Source: Asterias rubens (taxonomy: Eukaryota). From it: DNA of 64,000 nucleotides. The stretch spans positions 30,938,001 through 31,002,000 of the forward strand of contig NC_047062.1 of NCBI RefSeq assembly GCF_902459465.1, given 5' to 3'. A program made the position numbers and the translations under genes. The notes beneath the pieces were generated by a model, which worked only from the letters and a program-made list of their open reading frames with translations, was not told where the DNA came from and made no database searches. Shown here one piece after another: positions 46,701-58,700 of this stretch. Numbering within the stretch: position 1 is the stretch's first letter; each line of letters begins with the position of its first letter.

Positions 46701-49700
46701 ACCCACAGCAACTGCCGTGGTGCCCTGTGCTTTTGCTTTGGTGCCCTTTGCTAAGTTTCAATACAAATTTTTAATTTCCTGAAAGAAGTGCCCCTTAATA
46801 GCGAAAAAAAATTGCTGTGCCCCTTCAAGAATGAATTCAAGGCCTGGTCTACAATGGCCTCAGTGAGGCACTGCTTTGGTCTTGTAAAATCAAAATTCAT
46901 CTTAAGACTCATTTATACAGATATAGATGACTGTTTTATTTCACTTCACATACATTGGAACATCTTGAGTTTGGACTTCTTTGTTGCATCTTCTGTAGGC
47001 CCTTTGTAACCTTGGGAAAAAGGCGCCTCATATAAATAAATGCTGATATGTATGTATGTAATGTATGTATGTATGCAAGGGGATTTATATTTAATATTTT
47101 GCCACATATTCCATTTGTGAGTTAAACCAGAAAACATTTATAGAGAGTTTGAGTAGATACAGATGCCTAACAACGTCTAAGGCAAACAAACCACCTCTTT
47201 TCAGAGCAAACACTTCTTCCCGAGAAACAATAACCATCCCCTTGTTGTATTTTCACAGGCCATGAGCAGCCATTGCATAGTGGGGGCACGAAGGCTGTCA
47301 ACCCATTCTGTGTCCTGGAGGAAAGCCCTACCTACCTTCTCGGCAAACTTATGTTCCAGAACCAGATCCCTCCAACAAGGTTGTCATTCAGGATTGATTT
47401 GAGGAAATAATATATCAGTAATAGATGAAATATACTATACAAGTATTAGATGTGTATGAGTGCGTTGTCATAGAATTGAATCAGAAGATATTAACAACTA
47501 TTTCATTGGAAAAGCAAGATTTCTCCAAAATACATGTACATTCAATGTTTGTTTGGTACAAACTTGCATGATCCTTGTCATTTGTACTAAAAAATTAATA
47601 TTTTTACTTGACATTTGAAATAGATAGTCACATCCATCCCCTTAACCTCTGCTGCTATCTATCAAGGGATCACACCTAAGTTTATGATACAACCTGGGAA
47701 GAGGCAGCCAGGGGTGCATCACAAAACTAAATTCCACCATAGACATTTTAGAGCTCCTCTCTAAAGTTGACTGGTTCATGAACATCGCCAATATTATGTC
47801 TACTCCTCTCTTCCAGGCTTGAAGGTGTTGCCGACCAGCTGAAGCTCAACCTCGTCCATGTCATCGTTCGGAGTTGTTGCCCAACCATCCCAATGCAGCC
47901 CATCAAGGAGACTAGGCGGCCCAGATCACACAGCGTCCCTTCCAGACCGTCTGGGCATGTCATCCTGAATGATCCTGGAGAGGAGACTAGATGGATTCAA
48001 GAGCCGCGACATCCTACGGCTGTTGCAGAGGAACTTCTCTCCAGAATGATCACGCTGATGAAAAGTATGTGAAGAGTACAACAGATCTTTTAAAAGTTGA
48101 TGGTTACACACATGTACAGACCCATAGCACAGCGCCCAGTGCACTTTCCTGTCCGCCATATTGGGGGTCAAAACATGCGCAAAAAGATTGTACACGTGCT
48201 TACACGTGCATTGGTGTGTAACTGTACCATCGTTTTTGTGCACATTTTGACCCCCAAAATGGCGGCCACAAGGCGCTGCGCAATGTGCAATGGGTCTATA
48301 CACCATCTTTTTCTGCACACAGAGTTTTAGGAACTTGCTTTTGTTGTTCTACTCTTCCCTTTTCAAAAGAACTCTCATGTGGAACACAGTTTAACAAATG
48401 AAACGTTGTGGGGACCTTTGTTACATTGTGAAATGGTTCTGCTGTTTCTCATTAGTGAATTTAGAATTCACTGTGTTGAGTTGGAGCAAATTTCAAAATC
48501 ATTTTCATTGCATCTCTTTTTCTCCAGCCCATGCAACAACCTCCAACTATAGCAAAGTGTTTGACCTACGGGCCAGCGTGCTAGCCTGCTGCTACCAAGA
48601 CTTCCTGGCCATCTCAGAGGCAACCAGGGAGCTGTCCTATGTTGATCTGGACCTGCTGGGGACGGCTAATCAGAAGCTTTGTTTCTTTGTGAATGTGATG
48701 AACCTCTTGTTGGCCCATGCCTCCCTCTATCACATCTATCAGCAGCTCATATCCAAGGTGAGGACCCCTTGATGTCACATACCATCTTCTTTTCAGTGGG
48801 CTCAAGTTCTGTATGTTACAGAATGTGAGTTTGAGTCGTGGCCTTGGCCCAACTTCATGGCTCTGCTGACTTTAAGCAAAGAATCGGTGCTTACGAAAGC
48901 AGGGAATTCTGTGCTTATGTCAAGCGTATTTCAAGGGTTAGCGGGGAATTTGGCTTCAGCGCTTGCAGACTTCATGTTATTCGGCATTCTCTGCTTACAC
49001 AGCTAGCGCAGAAATTTGGTGCTTGCAAATAAGCGGGGAATGGTTATCGTAAGCGCAGAATTTGGAGGTTAGCAGAGCCATGAAATTGGGGCGAGGTGAG
49101 CAAGGCATCTTATCATAATTTCTTCTCTCCATCATAGAGTGCTAATGGGTACCGATGAGAGCTGGGGAGTAACCTGCCATATACTGGCATCCTGTCCAAG
49201 GGAATAGAAATACTCTGTCGTTTAATGCCAATCAACCTGGTACCCATTTGTACTGCTGTGTGGAGAGAAGCAATTATGATAATATGCCTTACTCAATGAC
49301 ACAAGTGTCACGACTTACCAGGCCAGGATTCGAACCCACATTATGCTATTACAGAACTTCAGTCCATCACCCTAGATTGCTCGGCTATGACACCCCCTCC
49401 TTGGTATATTTAGAATATAAACCATCCTTGTTGTTTAAATACAGGATGTTATGCGACAAACTTCTAGTCACAAGAGGCACAGTTCACTGACGGAGAGACT
49501 CCATTTTGAAGATGAGGTCGCCCTACCAGGCACCAGCAGTAGGCAGATCAGCGACCGTATCACGTATCTAAACAAGATGGCGTATTGCATTGGCCAGCTA
49601 GGCACAGTAACGTGAGTAGGCACTAAGGGGGTCATCCTAAGTGTGAAATGTTTTAGAGGGAATTTCGGGTTCAACAATGGAAGTTGAGGATTTGAAAGCC

Positions 49701-52700
49701 TGAATGAGCTTGTTTGGGGACGACATTGTTTTTAGTTATATTGAGAGTAAAATGTTGAAGAAGAAAAAAATTGCAGGAAAATTTGTTACTTATAATTTTT
49801 TTAATGTTATGAGCATACTCAACAAATTTCTTCTTTATCATGTTTATGTTTTGTACATTTATTGTTTGGTTGCAGTGCCTTTGAGCTTCGTTACACCATT
49901 CTCCGGGCAGGTCTCCATCCACCATCTTGTTTCAACAATCTACTCCAGCACAGATTACATGGTATAAATACACCTCATTTTTCTCTATAGATGATTCACA
50001 AACCTTGTATGAAGAAGATCAATGTTTCCTTAAATTGCAAAATGTTTAAAATATTTGTCTTTGAAGTACACAGTCAGCAGTACACAGTCAACTCTCTTAA
50101 TGTCTGACCATTCGATGTCGCCCACTTTGGTTTTGAATGATCGATAAATTATGTCGGCCTGCAATATTATTTCTTGTGGTGACCACATCTACAGAGTACA
50201 CTGGCAACCCTCCCACAATCTGAGCATTCAATATCATCCACGTTGGTACACAAACTATGCCAGCCTGAAATTTAATATCATGTGGAGAGTGCATATACAA
50301 CATAAACACATGGACACAGTATAGTCGTGTACACAAATGTGCCACCATACACAAATTATGCAGTTAACTATTTTCAAACGTTTTGTCAAGTCACTTGAAT
50401 ATGTTACCAAGAGTAGGAGAGTTAATGTGTTGTCTATTTATATATATTTTTTGAAGCATTAAGTCCAAGTGACCCTTGGCATAAGTATCTACCACCAGCT
50501 GAAACACGTTTGCTTTTCGTCATCTCAAGTGGATGCCAAGTATCACCAATCCTGGAGGTAGAGTAATTTGATCAAGATTCTTAAGGGTAATTTTGTACAA
50601 TAAAGGATTTCAGCAAAAAAACTGGGAAAGTATACAACATTGACTTACTTTAAAAGGTAATTTAACTTCAATGATGAGCAGTTCATCTGCCTCAAGCAGT
50701 CAACAGCCCTACTGGCTTGTGCGTTATCCAATTAATTCCACTTTTTGGAAAAGGAATTACATAAATATAACAGGTGTGAGTTGCCAGATGAAAAGGATGT
50801 TTTAGCCTCTTTCTTATGCAGCTTTCTTGCAGTGCAGCCAATCAGTGAACATTTTAGCCAACTTGGTGGTCACATTAAAGAACTTCTTCTTCTTGGAGAA
50901 TTTTTGAATTGGCCAAATAAGAAGACTAATCATGCAGTTCCCTCCTCTGTTGATACTTGTAGGTTATGAAATCGGAAGACGTTGAGGGGCAACTGGAAGT
51001 TGCAATGCAGCGATTCCTGGAGAATTATGTCATAATAGACGAAGAGAAACTCAAAGTAAGTGGTTTATGCCCTAATATCTCTTTTTATCTGGAATGTTTT
51101 TACATACATGGTAATGCACGCTTGTACATTGCTGTTGTCCGCCAATTCCCTTTAAATCGTGCATGAAAATTATTACTTCAGTTACTGGGCAGTTTATTTC
51201 ATTCCTTAAACCATCTCAGCTTTGGAGAATTTGAGTCCAGTGCACTAGAGCTCGGCCGTGATATGTTGCACACTGTGTTGATTTAAAGGCAGTGGACACT
51301 ATTGGTAATTACTCAAAATAATTATTAGCATGAAACCTTTCTTGGTGACGAGTAATGGGGAGAGGTTGATGGTATAAAACATCGGAGAAAGGGCTCCCTC
51401 TAAAGTGCCATAGTTTTCGAGAAAGAAGTAAATTTCCACGAATTTGATTTCGAGACCTCAGATTTAGAACTTGAGGTCTCGAAATCAACCATCTAAACGC
51501 ACACAACTTCGTGTGACAAGGGTGTTTTGATGTTCGATGACCGATTGAGCTCAAATTTTCACAGGTTAGTTATTTTATGCATATGTTGAGATACACCAAC
51601 TGTGAAGGCTAGTCTTTGACAATTACCAATAGTGTCCACTGCCTTTAAAGGTACTTTCTTTGTTTCATTGAAACCGTTTTTTGTTCTCACACTCATCTTT
51701 CAATGTTCTCTCGTTGCAAAATGTCATTGTAGGTTACAATACCTAAACAGCTAGACTGGTTCCGTAAGGACTTCACTGGGAAGAGTCTGGGTATAGACAT
51801 TGAGCAGGGTCATATCTATGGTGGACTCCTCAACGTGGTGGCTCCTCATATGTCCAATCACATGGGAGAGAAACTGGAGAGTTACGTCCTGAGCTGTTCA
51901 CCTGGGCACATTCAGCTGGAGGAAAAGACGCCCTTGTCTGGCGGTATGTTCAAAAACTATTCAATTGTTTATTCCGGAGAAGCTCTGTTTCATTCCGGAG
52001 AAGCTCGTAAAGAATTTCCGAGTTTGTCGACAACAAGTTGGAAAGTGTACAACCTTTTCACTGAGTGGGTGTGTTTTAATTATTTGGGTGATTCAACTTA
52101 ATGGATGAGCAGTTAATCTACCTAAGGGAATGTAAGCAGCCCTACTGGTTTGTGTGTGATTCAATTAAGTCCACTGTTTTGTAGAAGGATTTACATGGAG
52201 ATAACAGGTGTTAGTTGTCAGATGAAAATGATGTTTCATTTTAGCCTCTTAAATGTAGTGTGGAGCTACGCTTTGTATGATATTATGTAGTGTTTTAGTG
52301 TTGGGGAATAATCAACGAGTAAATGTCATTTGTTTTATTTTATACTAGGTCCGGCCGACAGACCACTGCTTAACAGAGGCCGCTCCTTCCGATTCACAGT
52401 CAGAATCGAACCCTATGATTTCTCCTATGGTTACAAGTTTGATTACCACTCCACGCCTACACTCAGCACCCCTCAGACCCTCAAGCACAAGCGAAGTTCT
52501 TCACAGCCGGAGAACCTTCCGAGCGTCGAGCCGCTGAAAAGTCTTCCTCATCCAACATTCAGCATGACTGAGTCTACCATGGCCTACCTCCACTCCAAGT
52601 CTAAACTGGTGGCATCGCTCGCCGGCCTCATCAGTGTTGCAGTCGATGAGAGACCGGATCGGTTCGCTCTGAAGAAGTCTTTTGAAAGCAGTGGGAGCCT

Positions 52701-55700
52701 GACCAGTCCCATGGGGACCCCAAAGAGCCTTGTCTTCGATGAGGGGGCGTTCGGGGAAGACAGGGAGTACCACGCTACCAAAGCTTCCTCACGAGTAGAG
52801 ATGGCTAAAGTCTTGCAGCATGTGATGGGATACTCCACAATGCAGAGGTATGTGGAGACCTACCTGAGCAGTGTTGTTGAAACGGCCGAGGCAGTGGAGA
52901 GTGAGGCCAATAGTTACCTACCGGAGAGCCTAAGTGCTGCCATGACACTGCGTGACGCACACTCCTGCACCCTTGCAAACCATCACAGTGACCACTATCA
53001 GGCGATGATGTCTTACACATTAAATTACCTGGTCGCACACTCCAACTGGACAGAAGCCTTGCAGCTTATTGAGGCTCTGCCCAAGACAGACTCAACCTCT
53101 GATTGGCTGCCTGATCTGCCAATCATTCGAGACTTCATACTCTGCTGTGCAGCCCAGGCAGACCTTCCTCAGAAAAGCGTGGATATTTTGATTTCGGAAT
53201 CCTGGAGGTCCCTCCTCTGCCTTCAAGACAAGGACTTGTGTTCTCGCGTGACCCTTGGTCTGTTACCCCGTCTACCAGTTTCGGTGTGTCTGCAATTACT
53301 GAATCACTGTGTTGCACATCCGGCTTCAGGAGCCAGCCTAAGAAAAGCTGTTTGTGACAAGTTGGAGCAAATGAAGACATATAATAAGGTTGACTTTCTT
53401 GATACTTTATGCAAATTTTGTAGTGTTTAGATTTTGTTTTTAAACATTTAATGCAAAACTTTTGGTATTCTGTTACTTATAATGCCTTTTAAAGCTGCTT
53501 TTTGTAATTTGCTTATTTGTATCATATATCTTTCTCTCATTGTTTATTTTATTGTTCTCTTTATGCGATTAGCGGCTTTTTGCATTAGGCGCTTTACAAA
53601 TGTGTTATCATTATTATTATTTATAATCCTCCTTTCGATTATCAAATTTTATGATAACCCTTTTTGAGAATCCCTGCCAGGAAAAATTATTGTTTACTTT
53701 TTAGTTTAGTCAGTCAACTACTGTGCAAACACCACTCTAATGGGTTTAGATCAACCGTGTTATTGAAATCCATGTAGAATAAAAAATATTGACTACCGGG
53801 TGCTCATTGCTATGGGTATAATCCATTAGTTGCTATGAGTATAGTACATTGGTTACTATGGGCATTGTACATTTGTTGCTATGTAGTGTGCTGTTTTTGC
53901 AAAGCTTTCTCATCAAAATAAATCATATCTTAAGTATTGTTTGAAGCTTGCCATGGTGTTGAGACATAAGAAGAAACTATAAATAATTAATAAACTTGCG
54001 GGTACAACCATGTGTAAATCTCTTAGGGTGAGTGTTGGCTCTGAAAAGAGCCGGTTGGGTCTCGACGTTTCAAACAGTATACTCTGCTCATCTTCACGAT
54101 AAATCATATCTTGTGAGGCGCTGGAAATCAACACAAGGCGGAGTTTTTTTTTTAGAGGCTTCATACCATTCATTAATAAATCAACCATACGATTAAATTC
54201 CTAGATCACAGAATATGCCCAGGTCAAAACCTCGCCGCTGATTTCTGAAGATGAGACCGACCCTATGGCGTTACCGAGTCCCTATACCCAATGGCAGAGG
54301 GTGGCAACAGACAGTGCAGAGGACCCAAGTGAGGTTCTTGATGTCATGTTGAGTGCTGGGGACTTTGATCTGGCAAAGCGATGGGCTGTCCTTCACGGCG
54401 TGTACCACGCCCTGAAAGAGGTTAGCATGAGAATATGTTCTCTATTATCTATATTCTAAACTCTTGGCTGGAAAGTTTTGAAGTAGCCACCAAGTGAGAG
54501 TAAAAAAGAAGTAACTATATCTAGTAATCGTGTGGATACAACCAAATGTAAACTGCTTTTGTGAGGAGTGTTGGCTCTGAAAAGAGATTTGAAGTACATG
54601 TAGCCAACAGGTATTAAGAAAGGAAGGAGTAACTCCATGTGTAACTCGTAAGCTTGCGAGTACAACCATGTGTACGTGTAGGAGTGTCGGCTCTAAAAAA
54701 AAAAAAAAAAACGTTTTGAAGTAACCAACAACTAAAGGAAAGAAAGAAGTAACTAGTAAGCTTGCGAAAATAACCATGTGTAAATCTCTTTTGGTAGGTG
54801 TGTCGGCTCTACAACAAAAACAAACGTTTTGAAGTAACCAACAACTAAAGGAAAGAAAGAAGTAACTATAGTAAGCTTGCGAAAATAACCATGTGTAAAT
54901 CTCTTTTGGTAGGAGTGTCGGCTCTACAACAAAAACAAACGTATTGAAGTAACCAACAACTAAAGGAAAGAAAGAAGTAACTAGTAAGCGTGCGAATATA
55001 ACCATGTGTAAATCTCTTTTGGGAGAAGTATTGACTCAGCCGTTGGGGTCTTGACATTTCGAACAGTTTACATTGCTCAGCTTCAGGAGAGATGGAGACT
55101 AACAGAGTACATTAAAGTCAATGTTTCTTGAAGTTTTATTTTCAGTTTGTTTTAAAGAGTAGTAAAGTAACAACTTAAAATGCGAGGCATGACATGTATT
55201 TAACTCAGGGCACTCTGCTAGGTTTAAGTGGCAATTTTTCTTGTATTTCTTTCCCAGGCAATTCATGAGAAACATCTGCAGCATTTATTGAGAGACGGCA
55301 GCAACACTCTTATTGCATATCAGGTAAGTAAACAACATCATTCATTTTCTTCTTACTGCCGTCAATGGACCACCTTGGTCTAATGTCAAGAAACAGACTG
55401 GCTTGCAGACATTTGTGTTTACCAAATACTACTTTTTTGTTGAACCAGTGAGAGTTCGGCTATCGGTCATGAATATGCATGAGTTTGAATATGTATGTTT
55501 TCTCTCCTTCAGATCCTAGTGCATATCCCCGATAAGCTGATGTGTCTGCAAATCTGCCAGAGTCTACTGGTGAATAGACCAGTCAGAATTAGGCTATCCA
55601 TCATGAATATGCATGAGTTTGAATATGTATGTTTTCTCTCCTTCAGATCCTAGTGCATATCCCCGACAAGCTGATGTGTCTGCAAATCTGCCAGAGTCTA

Positions 55701-58700
55701 CTGGTGAATAGACCAGCCTCTCAATCATGAATATGCATGAGTTTGAATATGTATGTTTTCTCTCCTTCAGATTCTAGAGCATATCCCCGATAAGCTGATG
55801 TGTCTCCAAATCTGCCAGAGTTTACTGGCCGAGGAGGGTCCAGAGGATCGGATTAGTCTGGCCAGCACGGTGTTCTTGATTCAGTTCATGATGGATCATT
55901 TCCTCGACAAGATAAGCATGGAGGAGATGGAGGAGCTACAGGCTTTGAGTCTAGGAGTCAAGGTACTATACCTTCATTCAATTGTTTCACCAGGGGTGGA
56001 TTCCACAAAGATTTAAGACTAGGCTTGTCTTTAGTTAGGACGAGTTACTCATCCTTATTTAGCACTAGCCTTAGTTTTTAAATAACTCTTAGGACTAGTC
56101 CTAGGTTAGGACTATCTTTGTGAAATTGACCCCTGGGCCGTTTGGCAACCTTCTGCTTGGGGGGTCTTTTTCTGTTTCTGCTAAGCAAGGTATTTCTGAG
56201 CTTAGCCGTTTTTGTTTGTACAAGCTGTATGAAACTGAGCCCTGGCGAATGCATTTTTAATTTATAACCATAGCACCTTTTTTCATTGCAGGCTTTGCTG
56301 TGTTTACCAGAGCCAGAGAGATCTGAATGCGAGGATCTTGTTTCCAAACCGATGCTTATACTGGAACAACTACTCATGAATACCAAGGTAATGGTCGTGG
56401 GTAAACACTCAAGGACACTGTGGTAACACTCATGAACACTGAGGTAACACTCATGAACACTGAGTTAACACTCAAGAACACTGAGGTAACATTCATAAAC
56501 ACTTGTTAAACACGGTAGAAATAAACCCTCTGGCTAGTACTTGTAAACACTATACATACACTGAGGCACGTTTTTAACACCCACTTTGGTGTTTTACAGA
56601 TAGAGCATGCATCAGCCGTCCTGGACTGTTTGAGACGCGAACTTCAAACCAACAACTTCAGAGGCAGTGAATTATCACTACAATCATGCGATGCATTAGT
56701 GGCTAAGTACGCCAAGAAAGCTATAAAGCTAGTCGTTGCTGTACAGAGCCCACCACAAGGTTTGAAACTGTCCAACTCTTAATGAATATTTATCTATGAA
56801 AACTATCTATACACTGTATTGTGCGTGCGTGTGTGCATGCATGTGCTGTAGAAATCAAACAGTGAATATTGCGTGCTTCGTGCTTCATTGATGTACGCAT
56901 TTAGACATGCATACGGTTTGCCCTACAAGATGGCGACTTTCATAGCAAAAAAGGGGTCATTCAATACGGTCTATAATATTCATAAATTTATGATACTCTC
57001 TTATTTGTGGTCAAGAAATATTTCCTAGTAGCTTCCCATTGTCCCTCGTTTGTTTGTAATTTTGTAAATTCTTGGCAACAGCTCCCGTTTTTTTTGTGTA
57101 CACATTTTCCAACTGGGGACCTTCACCCAGCCAGGGACCCTACTGTCCTCTTTTGTTATAGGTTCCTGGATTGAATGTGTGGATTAATTGTGTGTACTGG
57201 AAAGAATCTATTTCAAAATGTTCACTCTGATTTACAAAATTCTCCATGCTCAAGCTCCCTCGTATCTTGTTAATTTGATTCACTTACAAATTGGTATTTC
57301 TGATGCACACAGCCATCGGCTCAGCTCCTCATCAGACTTGACCCGGCTCTCCATTCCTAGATCCGAAAGGAAAGCCGGGGACACAGCCTTCTCAGTTGCT
57401 GCGCCCCGCTCGTGGAACATTCGTCCCACAAGTTTGAGAGAAGCTGCGTCGTTGGCTGTGTTTAAACGCCTCCTCAAGACATTTTTATTCCCAGAACCAT
57501 CGTAATTTGCTCCTCTTTTTGTTTATCTATCGGCCTGTCGTTGGTCTGGTTATGTTTTTGTTCTTGTGTTGCGCTCTGTTCTTTGTACAATGTATAGCGC
57601 CTATAAATGCTTTGTATTATTACTTATTATTATTACATACCCAAGGGATGCCAGTTTTCCAGCTTTATTCAGGAATTACGGCTTTGTCAGCGTTTTTTTT
57701 TCAGCCTCTGAAGGAAAGAGGGACGAGGGATTATTCTTCCTGCAAGGACATTATTCGCTCCAGAGTTTTGGCAATATCTTAATATTGCGACCATTTTTAA
57801 ATGAACTTTTCACGAGTTAATTTTGTTGTATACATCTACGTAAGATTAAAACAATCAAACTTTTCAAAAGAGAACATTTCTTTTGAACCAGCTTTCCTCA
57901 CCACCTGTGGTGTTTGTTTTCCTTGACAGATCTAGATTGTACGATACGGCCCGCATCGAGCCTGAGTGTTACATCCCCAACTGGGCACAGAAGAAGCCGT
58001 GGTAGACTTAGTGTATCATCTATGTTATCTACAGTGAGCTCTCCAACGTCACCATCATCGTCACAAGCTATACCTGTACCTAGTGAAAGAGGTGAGTTGA
58101 CTCTATGTCTGAATAAAGTGGATACAAGAGTGGCAAGGAGGTATTCAATGGGCAATTATAACCGGCAGGGTCTTGACCGTGGGATAAAGGACCGTGCCCA
58201 AGGGGAGGTCCTTTGGGCACGGCCACGACCCTGCAAGGTTTAAGACGAACGGTTAAGCCTGAGTTACTGCTCTATCATTCCTGTTACGACGGGAATGCTC
58301 CATTTAAGAAAGATGCTCAAATTAGACACATCCTTTTCGTCTGGCAACTAACACCTGTTGTCTCCATGTATTTGCTTTACTAAATGGTGGACTTCAATGG
58401 ATCATACACCAACCAATGGTACTACTACTGCTACTTTTTAGTTTTTAATCCATAATATAAATTGAACAAGTTTATTTGGAATGTAATTGTTTCTTCCCAG
58501 GATTAACGTGTCTCAGCTCAGTGGCTCTCATTTAAGCTTTGCTGAATCATGTCAAGAAATTAATCTAAACAAATTTCTATTTACCTTTTATAATGTTTAA
58601 CAATATTCAATGCTTTTTCTCAATGTATAGGACCCAGCCCCACCCCATCAGTTCAAAGTGTATCTCGTGGTCTCTCCCCACGTGGCCAGTCTCCACGTGT

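Noticed and set aside
49138-49250. Micro-exon after atcatag inside the DUF547 block
   Set aside because: Sequence resembles a common SINE-like repeat body (aacctgccatatactggcatcctgtccaaggg...) and exons 48757->49445 already join in frame.
57188-57505. 105-aa ORF as a host gene or active retrotransposon
   Set aside because: Only the extreme C-terminus of L2 ORF2; no RT or endonuclease domain, 5'-truncated.
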